This document shows positions 27,581 to 41,700 of a DNA stretch of 64,000 nucleotides, in pieces. Below the pieces are notes generated by a model that had not been told where the DNA came from, made no database searches, and saw only the letters and a list, made by a program, of their open reading frames with translations. A program made the position numbers and the translations under genes. The DNA comes from Paramecium tetraurelia (taxonomy: Eukaryota): the NCBI GenBank assembly GCA_000165425.1, contig CT868046.1:124001-188000 (forward strand), written 5' to 3'. The stretch's first letter is position 1. The number at the start of each line of letters is the position of its first letter.

Positions 27581-28811
27581 ATGTCAGAGAGTGTTCAACA
27601 GGAACCCTAATAATAATCCTCATCATCTAAATAACCAGAAGAGTCTAATTCGGATGAAAAGATTACTAGTGCATGGGAGAAATCATAAAAGGAATTAATA
27701 AATTCACATTAAAATAAATTTGATGCATTTAAGGCTATGGCAGATTAGAGTGGAACAATAGATGAAAGTCACTTTACAATAGGAGGGGAATAGAAATCAG
27801 AAATATTTAAAAGATTTGATGCTGATCATGATGGAAAAATTAATTAACAAGAATGGAATTAGGGTTGGAATAATCTTGATGTATAAGTGTTAGAAACGTA
27901 ACATAAAGTTGCAATTGCATAACAAAAAATGTAAATTTTAGATGCTTTAGAAGCAAAAGTAGAACCTGGTTTAAACTTAAGTTAAAAAAGTTCAATTATG
28001 ATAGATAGATTTAAAAACTCATCAAATTTGGGTGATTTAAATGATTTATTCAATAAGAAATCTCCATTTTAAGACCACTAGGAATATTCAGAGAGTAGTA
28101 ATTATGACATTAGGTAAAAAGGTAGTAACAGACCTTTGGATCAATTATTATAACAATTTAAAACACCGAATAAAACGGATATTTTATTTGATTCAGGTAG
28201 TGGATAAGGATCAGGTCAATATTTAGGTAGTAATAAGCAAACCTAAAAATTTGGATTTGTTTAAGGAAGTGCTTCTCCAGCATTTAATCCCACAACATTA
28301 AAGAATGAAAATTAATACAACTCGAAAGTTCATTAACAAATGAATATTAATATTGATATTAAGGAAAAAAATAAATCTAATAAAAGAAGAGAAGAATTAG
28401 CTAGCTACATGGGTAAATTGGGTTTGGGAGGAAATGACTCAATTTCAAGACCTTCCATAAGTTCTGAGCAACCAAATTCAAGTAAAAATGAATAATTATC
28501 ATTTAGATGTTTTCGAGAGAATGAAAGTTTATGTAAGTAACATTGGATAGTAAAATTTCAAGAATTAACCATAATCTGGACTAAATGAACTTACTAATGA
28601 TAACTAATTCATTACTAGCACATTCAAATAGCAATTAAAATAATATAGAAGAGAGAGAGGTGTAGAATAAGTAGACAATCAAGCTGGCAAATTCTCAAAG
28701 CATTCCAGCTTCTTGGAGAATCCATTATTGCAGGATTAATCTTTAAAAAGTTTTCATTTAAAACTTATGCACTCTTAAGGCGCATTGAACTATAAGAATA
28801 CTAGAATTTGA
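27581..28811 (+). CDS. EF-hand-containing protein, 1 intron
   Basis: IFKRFDADHDGKINQQEW is a canonical EF-hand loop. The 25-nt intron gtaaaaatgaataattatcatttag restores the frame. TGA at 28809-28811. Confidence 0.75.
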
Positions 28812-29148
28812 TAAATTGAGATATTTATATAGTAATAGAATTAAATAATATAATCATCTGTTAAATTGAATACTAAATTCTCATAATGCAACTATTTTTA
28901 TGAGTTAATTAATACTGCAATTGATATCTTTTCTTTAAGTTTAACACACTTGTAAAAAAATTTGAATATTAAAGTTCCTAATTTTACAACTAATGCAAAT
29001 TCAAACTCATTTTTAATAAAATATTGATGAATTTCAAGTGGGAATACTTTTTTTTAAAATGGGAAACCTAAATAGATGTTGAGAATTGGGGAGTATAATA
29101 ATAAAAAAAAATTTAATAAATATTTTGATTATGATATGAATTTGATAA

Positions 29149-30798
29149 TCAATACTTTTTTTTCTTATGATCTCTTGATCTGCTTCTACTTCGACTTCTC
29201 TTTTTAAGCTTTGATTTTTTATCTTTTCGTTCCTTACTTTTTTTCCCTATTATAATTTGAATTATGATACTTGATATTCTTTTTTCATCAGAGGAACTTC
29301 GATCTCTATCCTTCTTCTTTTTATGCTTTTTAGAACGACTTGATGATTTCTTTTCTTTGTCTTATTTTTCAGTTCCTTTTTAAACCATTTATAATAAGGC
29401 TTCCGCCATTTTGGTCTGCTTTTAACTATATTTCTATAGAAATGGATGTGGATACTACACCTTTCCTGTCAATCCAGGTATTTTACCCACATTCATCTTA
29501 TTCCAATTCATTTCCATTTATTATTATTATACCAATGATGCTATGGTTTCATTTAATAAGGCATGTTATGCCTAATTTAGTTGAATCTTTTGGGAAGGGA
29601 TGTTCTGGTTGCTAGGGGAACGACTGGGTGATTTTTTTGGTTGTTCTTTGATTGGACTTGCATTGACAGGAGCTTTAATTAATTGTAATTAATTGAATAT
29701 ACAAATTATTTGATTGTAATCCCATTCTATCTCTTCGTTCTTTGGAGTAGGTTCTTATTAAGGTTGGGGCACCGGTTCTTATTCTTCGTCGTTTTATTTG
29801 ATTTATTCAAACAATAGACATATACGTTGACCAATATCCTGATAAATAAAATTAATAATAGGATCATTACAGCTGGAACTTCTTAACAATCTTTACTCCT
29901 GATTACTAGATCGCCAGTTTTTGGATTAATGGTGTCTTACAATTTGGCAAAATCTACAGTACCCTTCCTTAACCATTCAATTGAAAAATTATCAGCCAAT
30001 TGAATAGTGGATGTACCACACCATTACCATTTGGGATCTCGAGGCACTTGTATATTCTTCATCTTAGCACAACCTAAAAACTTTTCAACACGATTAGCAA
30101 TAAAAATCAAAATGACTTTTTTGTTATTAAATTAATCCATAAGAGTCCCAAAGTTACGACGAGTAGTAGCCCAAACATCGTGAGTTTTGGCCAAAATCAC
30201 ATTCTGCTCGGTGTTACTCTTAACAATAAAGAAAACAGCATTTTTAATTTATTATTCCAACTCTGTGTTGGAAATCTCAGTTTATTACTTGATAGTCTAA
30301 ACTTGATAATTGACATATTTAAATGGACATTATTGTAGCTCATTAAAGAAACACTTCGTAACTTTGATAAATTGTTCTTCACATCCTTGGCATATCCTCC
30401 TCTAACAACAAGGGGTCTAAGATGCACTTCTCGCAGATAGGCATGACTCACACAACGATTGGCCCTACTGGTATGGTTGTCTCACCACTATCACGGTTTA
30501 TTTATTTCTCACCTAAACAACCATTACTTTAATTATTCTACTTTATCAGCTAATCCTAATGGTTTTTCTTATCCACCATTCTATTCCAATTCTCCATAGA
30601 TAACTAACTCTTCAAAATTTTAGTTGGACTATCCTTTCTAAGGCTAAGGCATTTCTAGATTTGATTTTTAAATTGATTACTTAGAAAATCCTTTATTTTT
30701 TGTCGTAAATCTTTTAATTGCACATTCACTCCTTATATTGGAATTTTATATGTTTGTGCCTCGTGTTTCATTTTAAAATACACGATGTTCTCAGCCAT
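29149..30798 (-). CDS. DWNN (ubiquitin-like) + RING-like + YTH domain protein with Pro-rich and RS-rich tail (RBBP6/Mpe1-like fused to a YTHDC-type domain)
   Basis: DWNN-like: MAENIVYFKMKHEAQTYKIPIQGVNVQLKDLRQKI...TVIVVRQP. RBBP6-type RING: LCESC...TPCCQRRICQGC...C. YTH: VFFIVKSNTEQNVILAKTHDVWATT...VILIF...KFLGCAKM...KWQW...FSIEW...INP...RSKDCQEVPADIGQRICLLF. C-terminus ...SRSRSRDHKKKKY*. Confidence 0.85.
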
Positions 30799-30939
30799 TA
30801 AGATTTTTTAATTATTTAAAATAATTATTCTTTTAATATAAGACAAATTTTACATACATACAATTTTATATTATATAGATTGAGTGATTTTCTATTTTAA
30901 TACTCAAGAGACTCTTGAATTCAGAGAATATATATTATT

Positions 30940-31752
30940 TCAAAATTTTGTCAATAAAAATTAAGCAATCAGAATTTAGATTTCAAACATCATCTCAGAA
31001 AATGGTTTCTCTTCTTTAATTGATTTTGGTACTTATTTCTCAAGATTATCAAAACCTTAACTTGAGAACTATTAGAAACAATTTATTTGACGTATTTCTT
31101 ATTCATTCATATTTCCTAGTACATTAATCAAATCAAACATTGAGTCCTTTATCTAAAAATTAATATTAAGTAGTTACAGGCTTTTTATATCTATTTTTGA
31201 TCCTGTCTTTTAACCATGTCAAGTTCGAGATGGCTTTATCTTCATTCAGTGCATATCTAATGTTGGGAGGGCAAAATAACTTAGATTTTATGTATTAAAT
31301 ACTTATGTTTTAATATCAAAATATCTTTAAATAAGTACTATTTCGATATCACAGAGTGTTTATGTTCCAATGATAATTCTGTTCTACTTGTATTCTTGTT
31401 TTAGTTTTTGAGTAGATTGATCATGGAAATAGGAAGCCAACGAATTTGCAACTGGTGGTATGTATACTTTTTATTCATTCACACAAAACTGATTAGAATT
31501 GTTAAATTAGAAGCTTGGCATAGACAATCCTTACAGAAATGAAGGAATTTATATGTTATCTTTATAAACAGAATCAGCTAATTAATATTTGGTAAGTTTA
31601 CTTGAATTCCTCATCTGGAGTTGTGGAATTGAAGTATTTGGAAACTCCATTAAAGGGGCAGGTGGGAAATTATATACGAAATAAGGATAGTTGGATGCTT
31701 AATTTTGCTGTTCCTTTGATTACGTCGATATATCAATACAATCACTCAACAT
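30940..31752 (-). CDS. Hypothetical protein, about 3 short introns
   Basis: MLSDCIDISTQSKEQQ...YNFPPAPLMEFP... stays open in code 6 after removing GT..AG introns of 23-25 nt; ends ...IAQFLLTKF*. Confidence 0.6.
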
Positions 31753-32767
31753 AATTTATAATTATAATTATTAAATAGTGTACAACGCAGAATCTCAGTT
31801 TAAATATGCACATTAATTCTATATACATATCATATAGATGCATTTTTTTATCCACAAAACATCCCCAAAATCATCACCCTTTTTTCACAGTTCAAAATAT
31901 CAATCATTTAATTCAATATCTTGATCTCAGCAATATTAACATTAAAAATGCTTCATTTAATGTTTTTGTGAAATTTCGAAGAGATCTCTCTAAATAGTAC
32001 ACAATTAGGTAGGTGAATTGATGAATCACTTTTATAGATTTATTGTTTAACATTATTCCACATTTTATTGATCAAGTTATTACAAATACTATGTCTTAAT
32101 AAAATTATGAATTTGTTTAATTCATCCTCATTTTGTGTATCGTTATTTTAATATGATGATTACTTTTCTTTTTACTATGAATAAATACATTATTTATGTT
32201 AACAACACAATTTAATTATCATGCTATTATAATTTAAGATATATCGAACATTTATCAAATAAAAGTTATCTACCTGAAAATCAATGTTGTTTAACAGATG
32301 CAATAAAACATATATTTATTAAATCTATAATTAATAATATTTCATATTGTAAATAGCAATATATAGAATTAATCAACACAGTTTATTCATTTTATGTTTT
32401 TTAATCCTATTTTGGCAAAAATAAGTTTCATTTAGCCTTCATTTCTAATTAATTTTGATCTATAGAATTGGCATTGAATTAAATAGATAGTTCATTATTT
32501 ATATTATATTATTAATACAACATGTTTTAGTCCTATATATTATCTTTTTATTAGCTGTTTTCACAAGTTCTCTGAATTTTAATGAATATTTATGTAAATA
32601 ATCAACATGAATTTGGAACTATAATTGTAAAGAATTTTGTATAGGAATAATAAATTTACAATTTGAACAATATTTAATTTATCAATCATTCTATAATTGA
32701 ATTATTTGACAAAAAAAGAAGATGCCAATTGATGAAAGATTTTTAATATTATATAAAATTAATAATA

Positions 32768-35700
32768 ATGTTTGAAAAATAACTCGAAAAAATATTGAAT
32801 TGGGTTTTGGGAAAATTTATCGATGGATTTGACGCATAAAACCTTCATATTGGAATATGGAGTGGAGAAGTTACCATATAAAATGTTGCATTGAAACCTG
32901 ATATCATTAAAATGCTTGAATTACCTATCAAACTGTGTTTTAGCCATGTAGGAAAATTGAAGCTAAATGTAATGTATAATTTAATTTCCTTTAGGTACCA
33001 TGGAAATCTTTAACTAGTTCGCCAGTTGAAGTTGTTTTATCTGATTTATATCTGATAATTTCTTTAGATCATCCAGATCACTGGTAATTTATGGATTACT
33101 CAGGTTTCATAAAGAAAATGGAGATTCTTGAAAAATTTAAGGAATAAATAGTTAAAAGCATTTCAGAAAATTCAAAGTAGTAAAATGATAAGGATGATGG
33201 GTATTTCATGAAGGTAGTGTTTAAAATAATTGATAATATATAATTAAGCGTAACGAATATACATATAAGATTTGAGGATACAATAAGGAATGAATTTGCA
33301 TGGGGAATATCACTAAAATCAGTAGAGACCTTCACCTGCAATTCAGAATGGAAAAAACAATACTTCGATAGAACAAAAGAAGAGAATGTATATTAAAAGA
33401 ATTAATTATATAGAAAAAAGTGCCTCTATAAAAATTGTTAACATTAATTAATATTGGAGTATACTGGAATTAATAAGAAAAAGAGTTATTCAATTCCTTA
33501 GAGAAGGATGAAATATTAAAAAAGATGGCAGAATTAGTAATATCTCAATAAGATCCAAAAGATCATCCAAAGTTTGCTTAATTTATGTTATTACTTAATG
33601 CTTCAGGTAGATATTATTAGAATACATCTGGCAAATTTGATTCTCCTGAATACTCATTTACCCTTGAATTGAATACAATTGATTTGGCAATAGAAAATTC
33701 ATAACTCTAATAGTTGATAAAAATGGCAGAACTATTCTCATTATATTAAAATAGATTAAATAAATAGAAGAAATAGAAGTTATTGTTGACAAAGCAATAA
33801 ATTGAAGATTAAATATTAATCTTTTAAAATTTATATGAAAAAATATTAAGAAGTTCTGAGCAAACAAATAAGGCCTTGACAAAGAATGAAAATGATCTTT
33901 TTGAACAATCTGTTAGTAATTTAAGTATTGATATTCTGTGTGAATCTGCAAGAGAGATAATAAAAGTAGTTGAAAAAGAAAGAGCAATAAAGGAAGCTGA
34001 GGATAAAAAGAAAAAGAAAGGAGGTTGGTTTAGTTGGGGTTCAAAAAAGGATAATACCTTAATAGATGAATAAGAAAAGGATGAACTATTTAAGTTTATT
34101 GATAAATTAGCTGATTTCCCAGACGTAAAGGATTTGAAAAGACCACCAGAGTATGTTAAATTTGCAGCTAAATTCTCTTTAAAGTCTGGAACAATTCATG
34201 TGTTGAAATAGTTTGAAGCAAAAAGAGAAGGAGTACAATTAAAATATTTTGGATTTGAAGGTTAGTTAGAAATTAAAGAAAGTGGAATGATTCTAAATTT
34301 AGGATTAAATAATATTGGAATTGATCTTGTAACTGAGCCGATTATAAATAATGTAGTGATGTACTCTCAACAAACTAGAAAAGTATTCGTCGAGTAAGTG
34401 AACAAATAGAAATTTATAGATTTTACTTTTGAAACCAATCCAGTACATCATAAAGGAGTAGATAAATATATCAAATTAGAAACAGGATCTCTTAAATTGG
34501 TATTTAATCCAATCATTTTGGTTCGAATTCAATAATTTATTGATTTTTAAATAAAGGATGAAACATTGAAAAATGCAGCTTGGGATTAAGTAGAGTATGC
34601 TTAAGATTTAGCAGTCAATTAAATGGCTAAAACACAATTATCATCATCTATTTTATTTGTGGATGTGAAGGTAAAATCCACGATAGTTTTGGTTCCAATC
34701 CCTGATACAAATGAAAATTGGTTATTGAATTTAGGAGATATTTCGATTGTTACTCCAAATATGAATGAAATTAATTATGATAAGTTTGAGATTACATTAC
34801 AAGATTTCACATTTAAGCATTATAAATCATTTTAAGAGTGCTAGAAATCTATCACTAATGGAGCATACTTAAATAATATTGATGATTCTTTTAGTGTAAT
34901 TTAAAATATCAAAGTGTCTATTATTGCCAAACTTTTGAGAGGCAGTTCAAAACCTCCCAAGGAATTGGCATAAATTTCAGTGGATGGTGTGCTTCCTTAA
35001 TTGAATGTCTTTGTCAATCCATTAATATATAATCGAATCATCAAGGTGGGTGATTGTTTTATTGCACCAATTACAGAACCTGAAGAGGCAATGCTTAGAT
35101 AATCTAGATTGACTATTGAGAAGGCCTAAACTGAAAGAACTGCTTTGGTTGAGACAGCTACTAAAGTTGGTAAGATTTGGAAAAGGGGGTAATAGTTGAA
35201 ATGGTCTTAATATACTGGAGTATTAAGTGGGGGTTACATCTATCTATTTGCTAAGCCTAAGGACGAATAGGCAGAATCCTTCTTTTGGGTTAGGAATAGT
35301 GATTTCGAAGATGTGCCCTAAGAGGAAGCAGGGATGAGTAATGCATTCTATATAAAGAATAAATATGGAGACACATTAGTAGCATTTGATAAACAAAAGA
35401 TGGCCAATGATTGGAAGGAGGCCATTGAAGAAATGAGAACATAATTGAAGGCTGAGAAAAATATTGAACATGTACATACACATAGTAATACAAGTATGAG
35501 TAAAGAGAGTCGACCATTAAATTTGAAATTTGAATTATCTGGATTCTGTTTACATTTACAAGACGAAAAATTAAGTGATTGGTTATAAGTAGTAATTAGT
35601 GGTTTGAGTGCTGGTACATCAATACTAGATGGATCGATCGATTTGGATTTGAAATTAAGAGATCTTTACGTAATAGATAGTGTGTAAAATTATTTGAATC

Positions 35701-38700
35701 CATTATTTAAGTATATTGTGAAATCGGATCCAGATCCAGAATCAAACGAATTAATAAACATTAATGTTCAATAGATTAATAAAAAGGATAAGAGATACAA
35801 TAAAAAGAATCTGATCGTCTAAGTTACTTTTGGTACTTTATGTTTAATTGCCAAACCTTTAGTAATTGCGAGACTACTCTTATTTGTTACTCCAGCAGAT
35901 TAATAGAATTAGATGAAAGGTTATGAAGAAATGGATCAAGCAAAGAGGAAGATAGAGTAGACCAAAAAGGAATTAGAAGGTGCAGCATAGACTGTGAAAT
36001 TAGATAAAATGTAAGACGTAATTTTGATGGATGTCAATGTTAAAATAAGAAGTATAAATGCTATTTTAGTACACAGATTCACTATTTTACCATTGGCTGA
36101 AATCAAGATAGAGAACACTGAAATAGGACTCATTAAATATGTTGATGAATTACAATTGAATGGCACATTGGGGAATCTACAACTTTTTGATCTAACCAAT
36201 TATCCAAACACTCTTAGTTAGGAATCTGAATATGATCAAATCTAACCTAAATAAATGGTTGGAGTCAAACTACAATAATAGTCATTATTAAAAATGAATT
36301 TAACCTTGTTCTCAGATGGCTCATCCAAGATATTTAATAATGTTAATATCATCATCGATGTAGAAATGAGTTAATTAATTATACATGTAATGATGTAACC
36401 AGTCTTGAGATTATTAGATTACACTCTCTAATAATTGCTTTACGCTCTACAAAATCCAAAGTAAACCATATCTCCCAATTCAAATTTAATCTAATTAGAA
36501 GAAGAATCTATCGAATAATATTAATATTAAAGAACCCAATATGCTAGATAAACTATCAAATTGTCAGAGGAAGAAGCATCTGTCCTATAAAAATTATTAA
36601 AAAATCCACCAGGAATGAAATTAAATGTTAAAATTCACAATCCTTAAGTGATACTTAAACCAAACTAAAATTCAAATTCCGCTATGATCATTGATTTGGG
36701 AACCATATTTGTATCAAATAAAAGAATCTAAGAAACAAACAGAGTAATTGGTTAAGGATCCGAACCTGTTTGGGTAGAATAATTTATATTAAATATGAAG
36801 GATATCTAAATTTATTAATAAAACGAATAAACTAAAAGGGAATTCAGTTTACCATTTGATTTTAATATAAACGTTGAAATATTTACACTTGCTGAGAAAT
36901 ATGCTTTGAATTATCCTAAATTGAAATTTGATGAATAATTAAAGATCAATTGTTTTGTTGCTCCAATGATTTTGTAAATGACCCATTCTGACTACATGTT
37001 CTTAATGAAATGTCTATTTCACAATATTGCATATGATGATGGATTTGATAACATGATAAGAATTAACAATCCGGAATATTTTAAAGCCTTCTTTGCATAA
37101 TAGGATTTGTAATAGATTAAATTAAAAGAAATGCTTAGATAGTAAAATGAGAATCCATAAATCAATTTCTAATTAGATATCGAGAACTTTACTATATTTT
37201 TACTAAAAGATATTTAACCAAAACCAACTCCCTTTTAAAGAATGACTTTGATTTTAATGAGAATAACATTTTAAAAGTGTAATAATGGATCAATGAAAGT
37301 CAATCTATTGATAAGAGATATGGAGGGCAGCATGTTTTAAGGGGATTAATCCTTACAAGAATTTCATGAATTGCCTTTTATTGGTAATATGAATTTTCAT
37401 TAAAAATATACTTATGAACAAGTAACCAATTTAAATGGTTTAGTAAGAGGAAAACAAGGAGCATAAAGTAATGCAGATCAATCAATGATTTTGGCAAGTA
37501 CTGGTTAACTTAGTTAAAGGACGAAGAGAGATTAAATTTTTAGGTTTGAGGATGCCTTTGAATAATAGAATGATGGCAATATTCAATACAAATTGATGTT
37601 TTCATTAATAATGAATCTTAACGGAGATAAATTAATTAATGTTGAATTGTCTGATTTTAAGTTGTAATTACATGCTGGCCCTCTATTTGAAGTACTTTAA
37701 TTAATAGCTATGGATGATCCAGACTTAAATGCAAAACCAGGAAAATTTGTTAATATTTAATTATAATAATAACTATAATAGTAATAATAATAGTATGGGG
37801 TATTGTAAATAAAAGTAAACTTAAGGAATGTAATCACTTGTGTCCCATCGTAAGTTGAATCTAATGTCTTAGCTATTCGTGGGATATTTGAGATTACTTT
37901 GAAAATGTATCCATAAAGAACTTAGAAATAAGTTTAAGCAGAAATTATGGAAAAGAATATCCCAGAAAAAGATTGGAACAAATTGAATATTGTTATGTCA
38001 ATAAATGCTAAATTATAAAGGATAGAAATCTTCCTATGTAAAAGCTATGATTTAGGAAAGAAGGATGATTTTAAGTAAGTTAAAAAAAGAGAAATTTTGT
38101 AACCTGCTGACATTGAAGTAACGATAATCAAGGCCGCTGTGTACTATGCAAATTCAACAGAGTTTGGAGATGATATTGATATTGTTTGTAGAATCACTCC
38201 AATCAATTTAAAAGTTTCCTTTAAAGACTTACTCACTATCCAAACTGGTTTAACATATTAACTGAGCTAGATGCCAAAATAAATCCCTGCCGCTAATAAT
38301 GAGCAAATGAAAAATAATGAATTGTCTAAATTGGACACTTCTCATCTTGATAAAATATCAATGAATTCAATGAGAATAGATTTGGAAATTGAAAAAACAA
38401 AAGTAGTAGTATTAAATGATATGGGCAACACCTTTGCTCCATTATTCGATTTATAAGTAGATCTAATCAAAATTCTATTACAAAAGAAACCTATTCTTAC
38501 TGAAATTAGTATTTTAATCCCCTTTGAGTTTAAGAATTTTAATCCTCTTACCTCTAAATGGGAACCAATCATTGAGAAAATAGAATTTCAAATAATTTAC
38601 TTATCTAGTTTGTTGGGTGAAACTAAAAACCTAATCACAATAGAACAATTAAAGGAGGATGCATCTTTTAATCTTAATATATCTTCAATCTGTATTTAGA

Positions 38701-41700
38701 CTGTTCTCAAGGTGCTGAAAATTATGAATAAGATCTTTAAGAAGTCAAATGCTAGAGAATAGAGAAGCATGTCAAAATCATCGTTAACGTCTGAGAATGA
38801 GGCGAGTGAAGTACTCATTTAAGAATCACCATATGCAATAAGAAATTTAACAGGGAGAGCTCTTCAAGTTGAGTATATTGATAAAAATAATTAATCACCT
38901 TTGAATGTACCTGTAAATCAATAATTAAATTTGGTGTATGACGAAGAAATGGAATAGATGAATAGTAATAAAATAAGAAGAGTAAATGTAAACATTAAAT
39001 TGGATAAGACGACATTTCCATTGAAATATATTGATTTAGACAAGACTAGAGGAAAGCTTTACGAGCATCAAAATCTACAAGTCTATGGTATAGTCAAATT
39101 AGACTAAGTAACAAGTTAGAAGATACTAATAGTTTCATCTCCAATTATAATTGTAAATAAAACAAGCAAATCTATAGTCATACAAATTAGTGATGATAAA
39201 AACTAATAAATATTTAAATTATAGCCATTGATCAATGAATTAGATTTAACAAATGTTGTACCTGTGCCAGTTGGATTTGATAATTCTAAATTTTGTTTAA
39301 AGGTTGATAATTGTCCACAATTTTCAGAAGAAATAAAAATTGATGCTTTAATTAGAAATTCAGCTGTAGGATAGCCATAAGCAATACATACAAGAGATGG
39401 AATTTATATTCAACTGAAAGTATATTTAGATAAGGAATACAAAGATAAAGTTAAAATAGAATTTCAAGCACCTTATAGAATAACAAACTCATTGCCAAAA
39501 GAAATTTACGTTCAAATGTTAAATCAAAGAAAAGAAACAACATATATCAAGAAAATATAACCAAAGGAAACCATGGAAGATTATATGCATAGTCTATCTA
39601 GTATTGAAAACAAAAACAACACTTACATTAGAGTATTATTGTAAGGCTTTTATTGGTCAAGTGAGTATCAACTATCATCACCATTAATTGAGGAAGGATA
39701 AAAGAACAAAAATGATTATTTGGGAAAATTATAATTAGTTGATGGAATAGATAATCAATTATCATTATTAATCTTTGAGCCTTGGCGATAATCAGACTAT
39801 AATAAAGCAACAAGAGAGTTTGTAATTCATAGTACTGGCTATATAATAAATAAAAGTGGAATGGATTTGTAATATTATACATCTGAAAAAAAGAAGAACT
39901 TAGCACCAATTGCAGGATAGAATCCAATCAATTCAGGAGATTCAATAGATAGAAATATAATCTTCATTGGATAAGAGTGTGGAAACATATTGCAGTTGTC
40001 TCATTCATCTGCTCCTCAAAAAATATCATAATTCCCAATTTAAATATCATCTAGTATTGGTGAACCATTCATTGATGTCATTAGGGTAGATGAAGAGGAT
40101 TCTAGTAGATTTCTTTAAACATATCTAGGAGCTAAACTGGATTTGAAGGTTTGTAATAACAAATACACTCTTTTTTCAAAGGTGATAACAATAGAGCCTA
40201 GATTTATATTGGTAAATAACACTGATAAAGAATTGATAATACACGATCTCGATGGAACTTATCATTAAATTATTTAACCTAATCAAAGAGCCATTTCCTA
40301 AGTTAAATATAATGTCAAGCAGAAAGATCCATTTGATTTCCAATATATAACAATGAATCTAAATGAATATACCTATCATCCAAGTGGCAGAATCAATATA
40401 TGCTGCGTTGGTATAGTAAATTTTCAATTGAGAAAAACTCAAAACTCTTAAGAGAAATTATATTTTAGTTGTGACATTAGAAAAGAAGGATGCAGTTTAT
40501 ATGTCATCTTTAGTTAACTCTCTCTCGATTAAGCACCATATAAAATAGAACTTGAAGCTGAAGCATTAGAATTAGTAATTTAAGAGTTGAAAGTCACTCT
40601 CAGATAAGATAATTAAGTTGCCTACTTTGCTTCTGATGATCCTTAATAAACCAGTAGGATTTTGAATGTAGAATTGAGAGTTGCAGATGATCCTTATAAT
40701 GATTTTACCCCCTTTAAATATAAACTTAATCCAGATATCATTGGTGTATTTAAGATCTACACTTTTAAACCTAAAAAAGGATCTATGGCTAATCCTATTT
40801 CTGTTGCTTTGACTATCATGCCTTAAGGTAATCAGAAACATGTTAAAGTGGCCATAGCCACATAGGAATAAATAACACTCTATCAATCAAAACCAAAATA
40901 GGACTTCTTAAAGTAAGTCAAAGAGAAGGAAAATCTTGGAATAGAAATGAATGAAGACTCCATAAGATAATCGTATTCGCTATAGTAATCACGTCAATCT
41001 CAATAATAAGATGGTGATAAAATCTTGACGAGAATAAATCTTAAGATTAATGCATTTTCATTATCTGTTATTCATAATTCTCAAATGAAAAAGAGACCAG
41101 CAGAATACTTTCACTTTTTATGTAAAAATATAGAATTTGTTGTTATCTCAACAGATATTAGTTAAGTTGTTTAATTGAGAGTACAATATATAAATTTTGA
41201 TCATAACGCATAATTTTTTGTTCAATTTCCTGTTATTTTAACACCTTAAAAATATTCAATATATTAACCAACTTAAATCTAATAATAATAATAACAATAA
41301 TAATAATAGTAATAGTAATAATAGGAAGCTGTCAAATAATTTTAATAGAGCGAAAAATACTTTTTCAACTTCTTGATCATGAAGGATAATAGAGTTACAT
41401 CAATCAACTTATTTTAAAATGTCACTTTGGAAATAGATCCATTTGAAGTTAAAATAGAATAGCTATTCATTAATAATTGCTTAGATTTTATTTGGGCTAT
41501 AACATCGTATTAAGGATTAATAAATGATTATAATAAAACCTAATCAGAAATTTTAATGAAATAAAAATAATCAGATACTCAATCATTATAAGAAAAGTAA
41601 TAGAGTAGCAATAGTCAAGCATAAATTGAATCAGTTTACTTAGTGAATGAAGAGTGGAAAACTAAGTAATTACCAAAAGCATAATTACCAACTTATATCA

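Noticed and set aside
31790..32760. Unusually long AT-rich intergenic stretch (also 1860-2676 and 61301-62202)
   Set aside because: No convincing ORF, RNA gene, terminal repeat or telomeric repeat was seen; probably promoter regions or decayed sequence.
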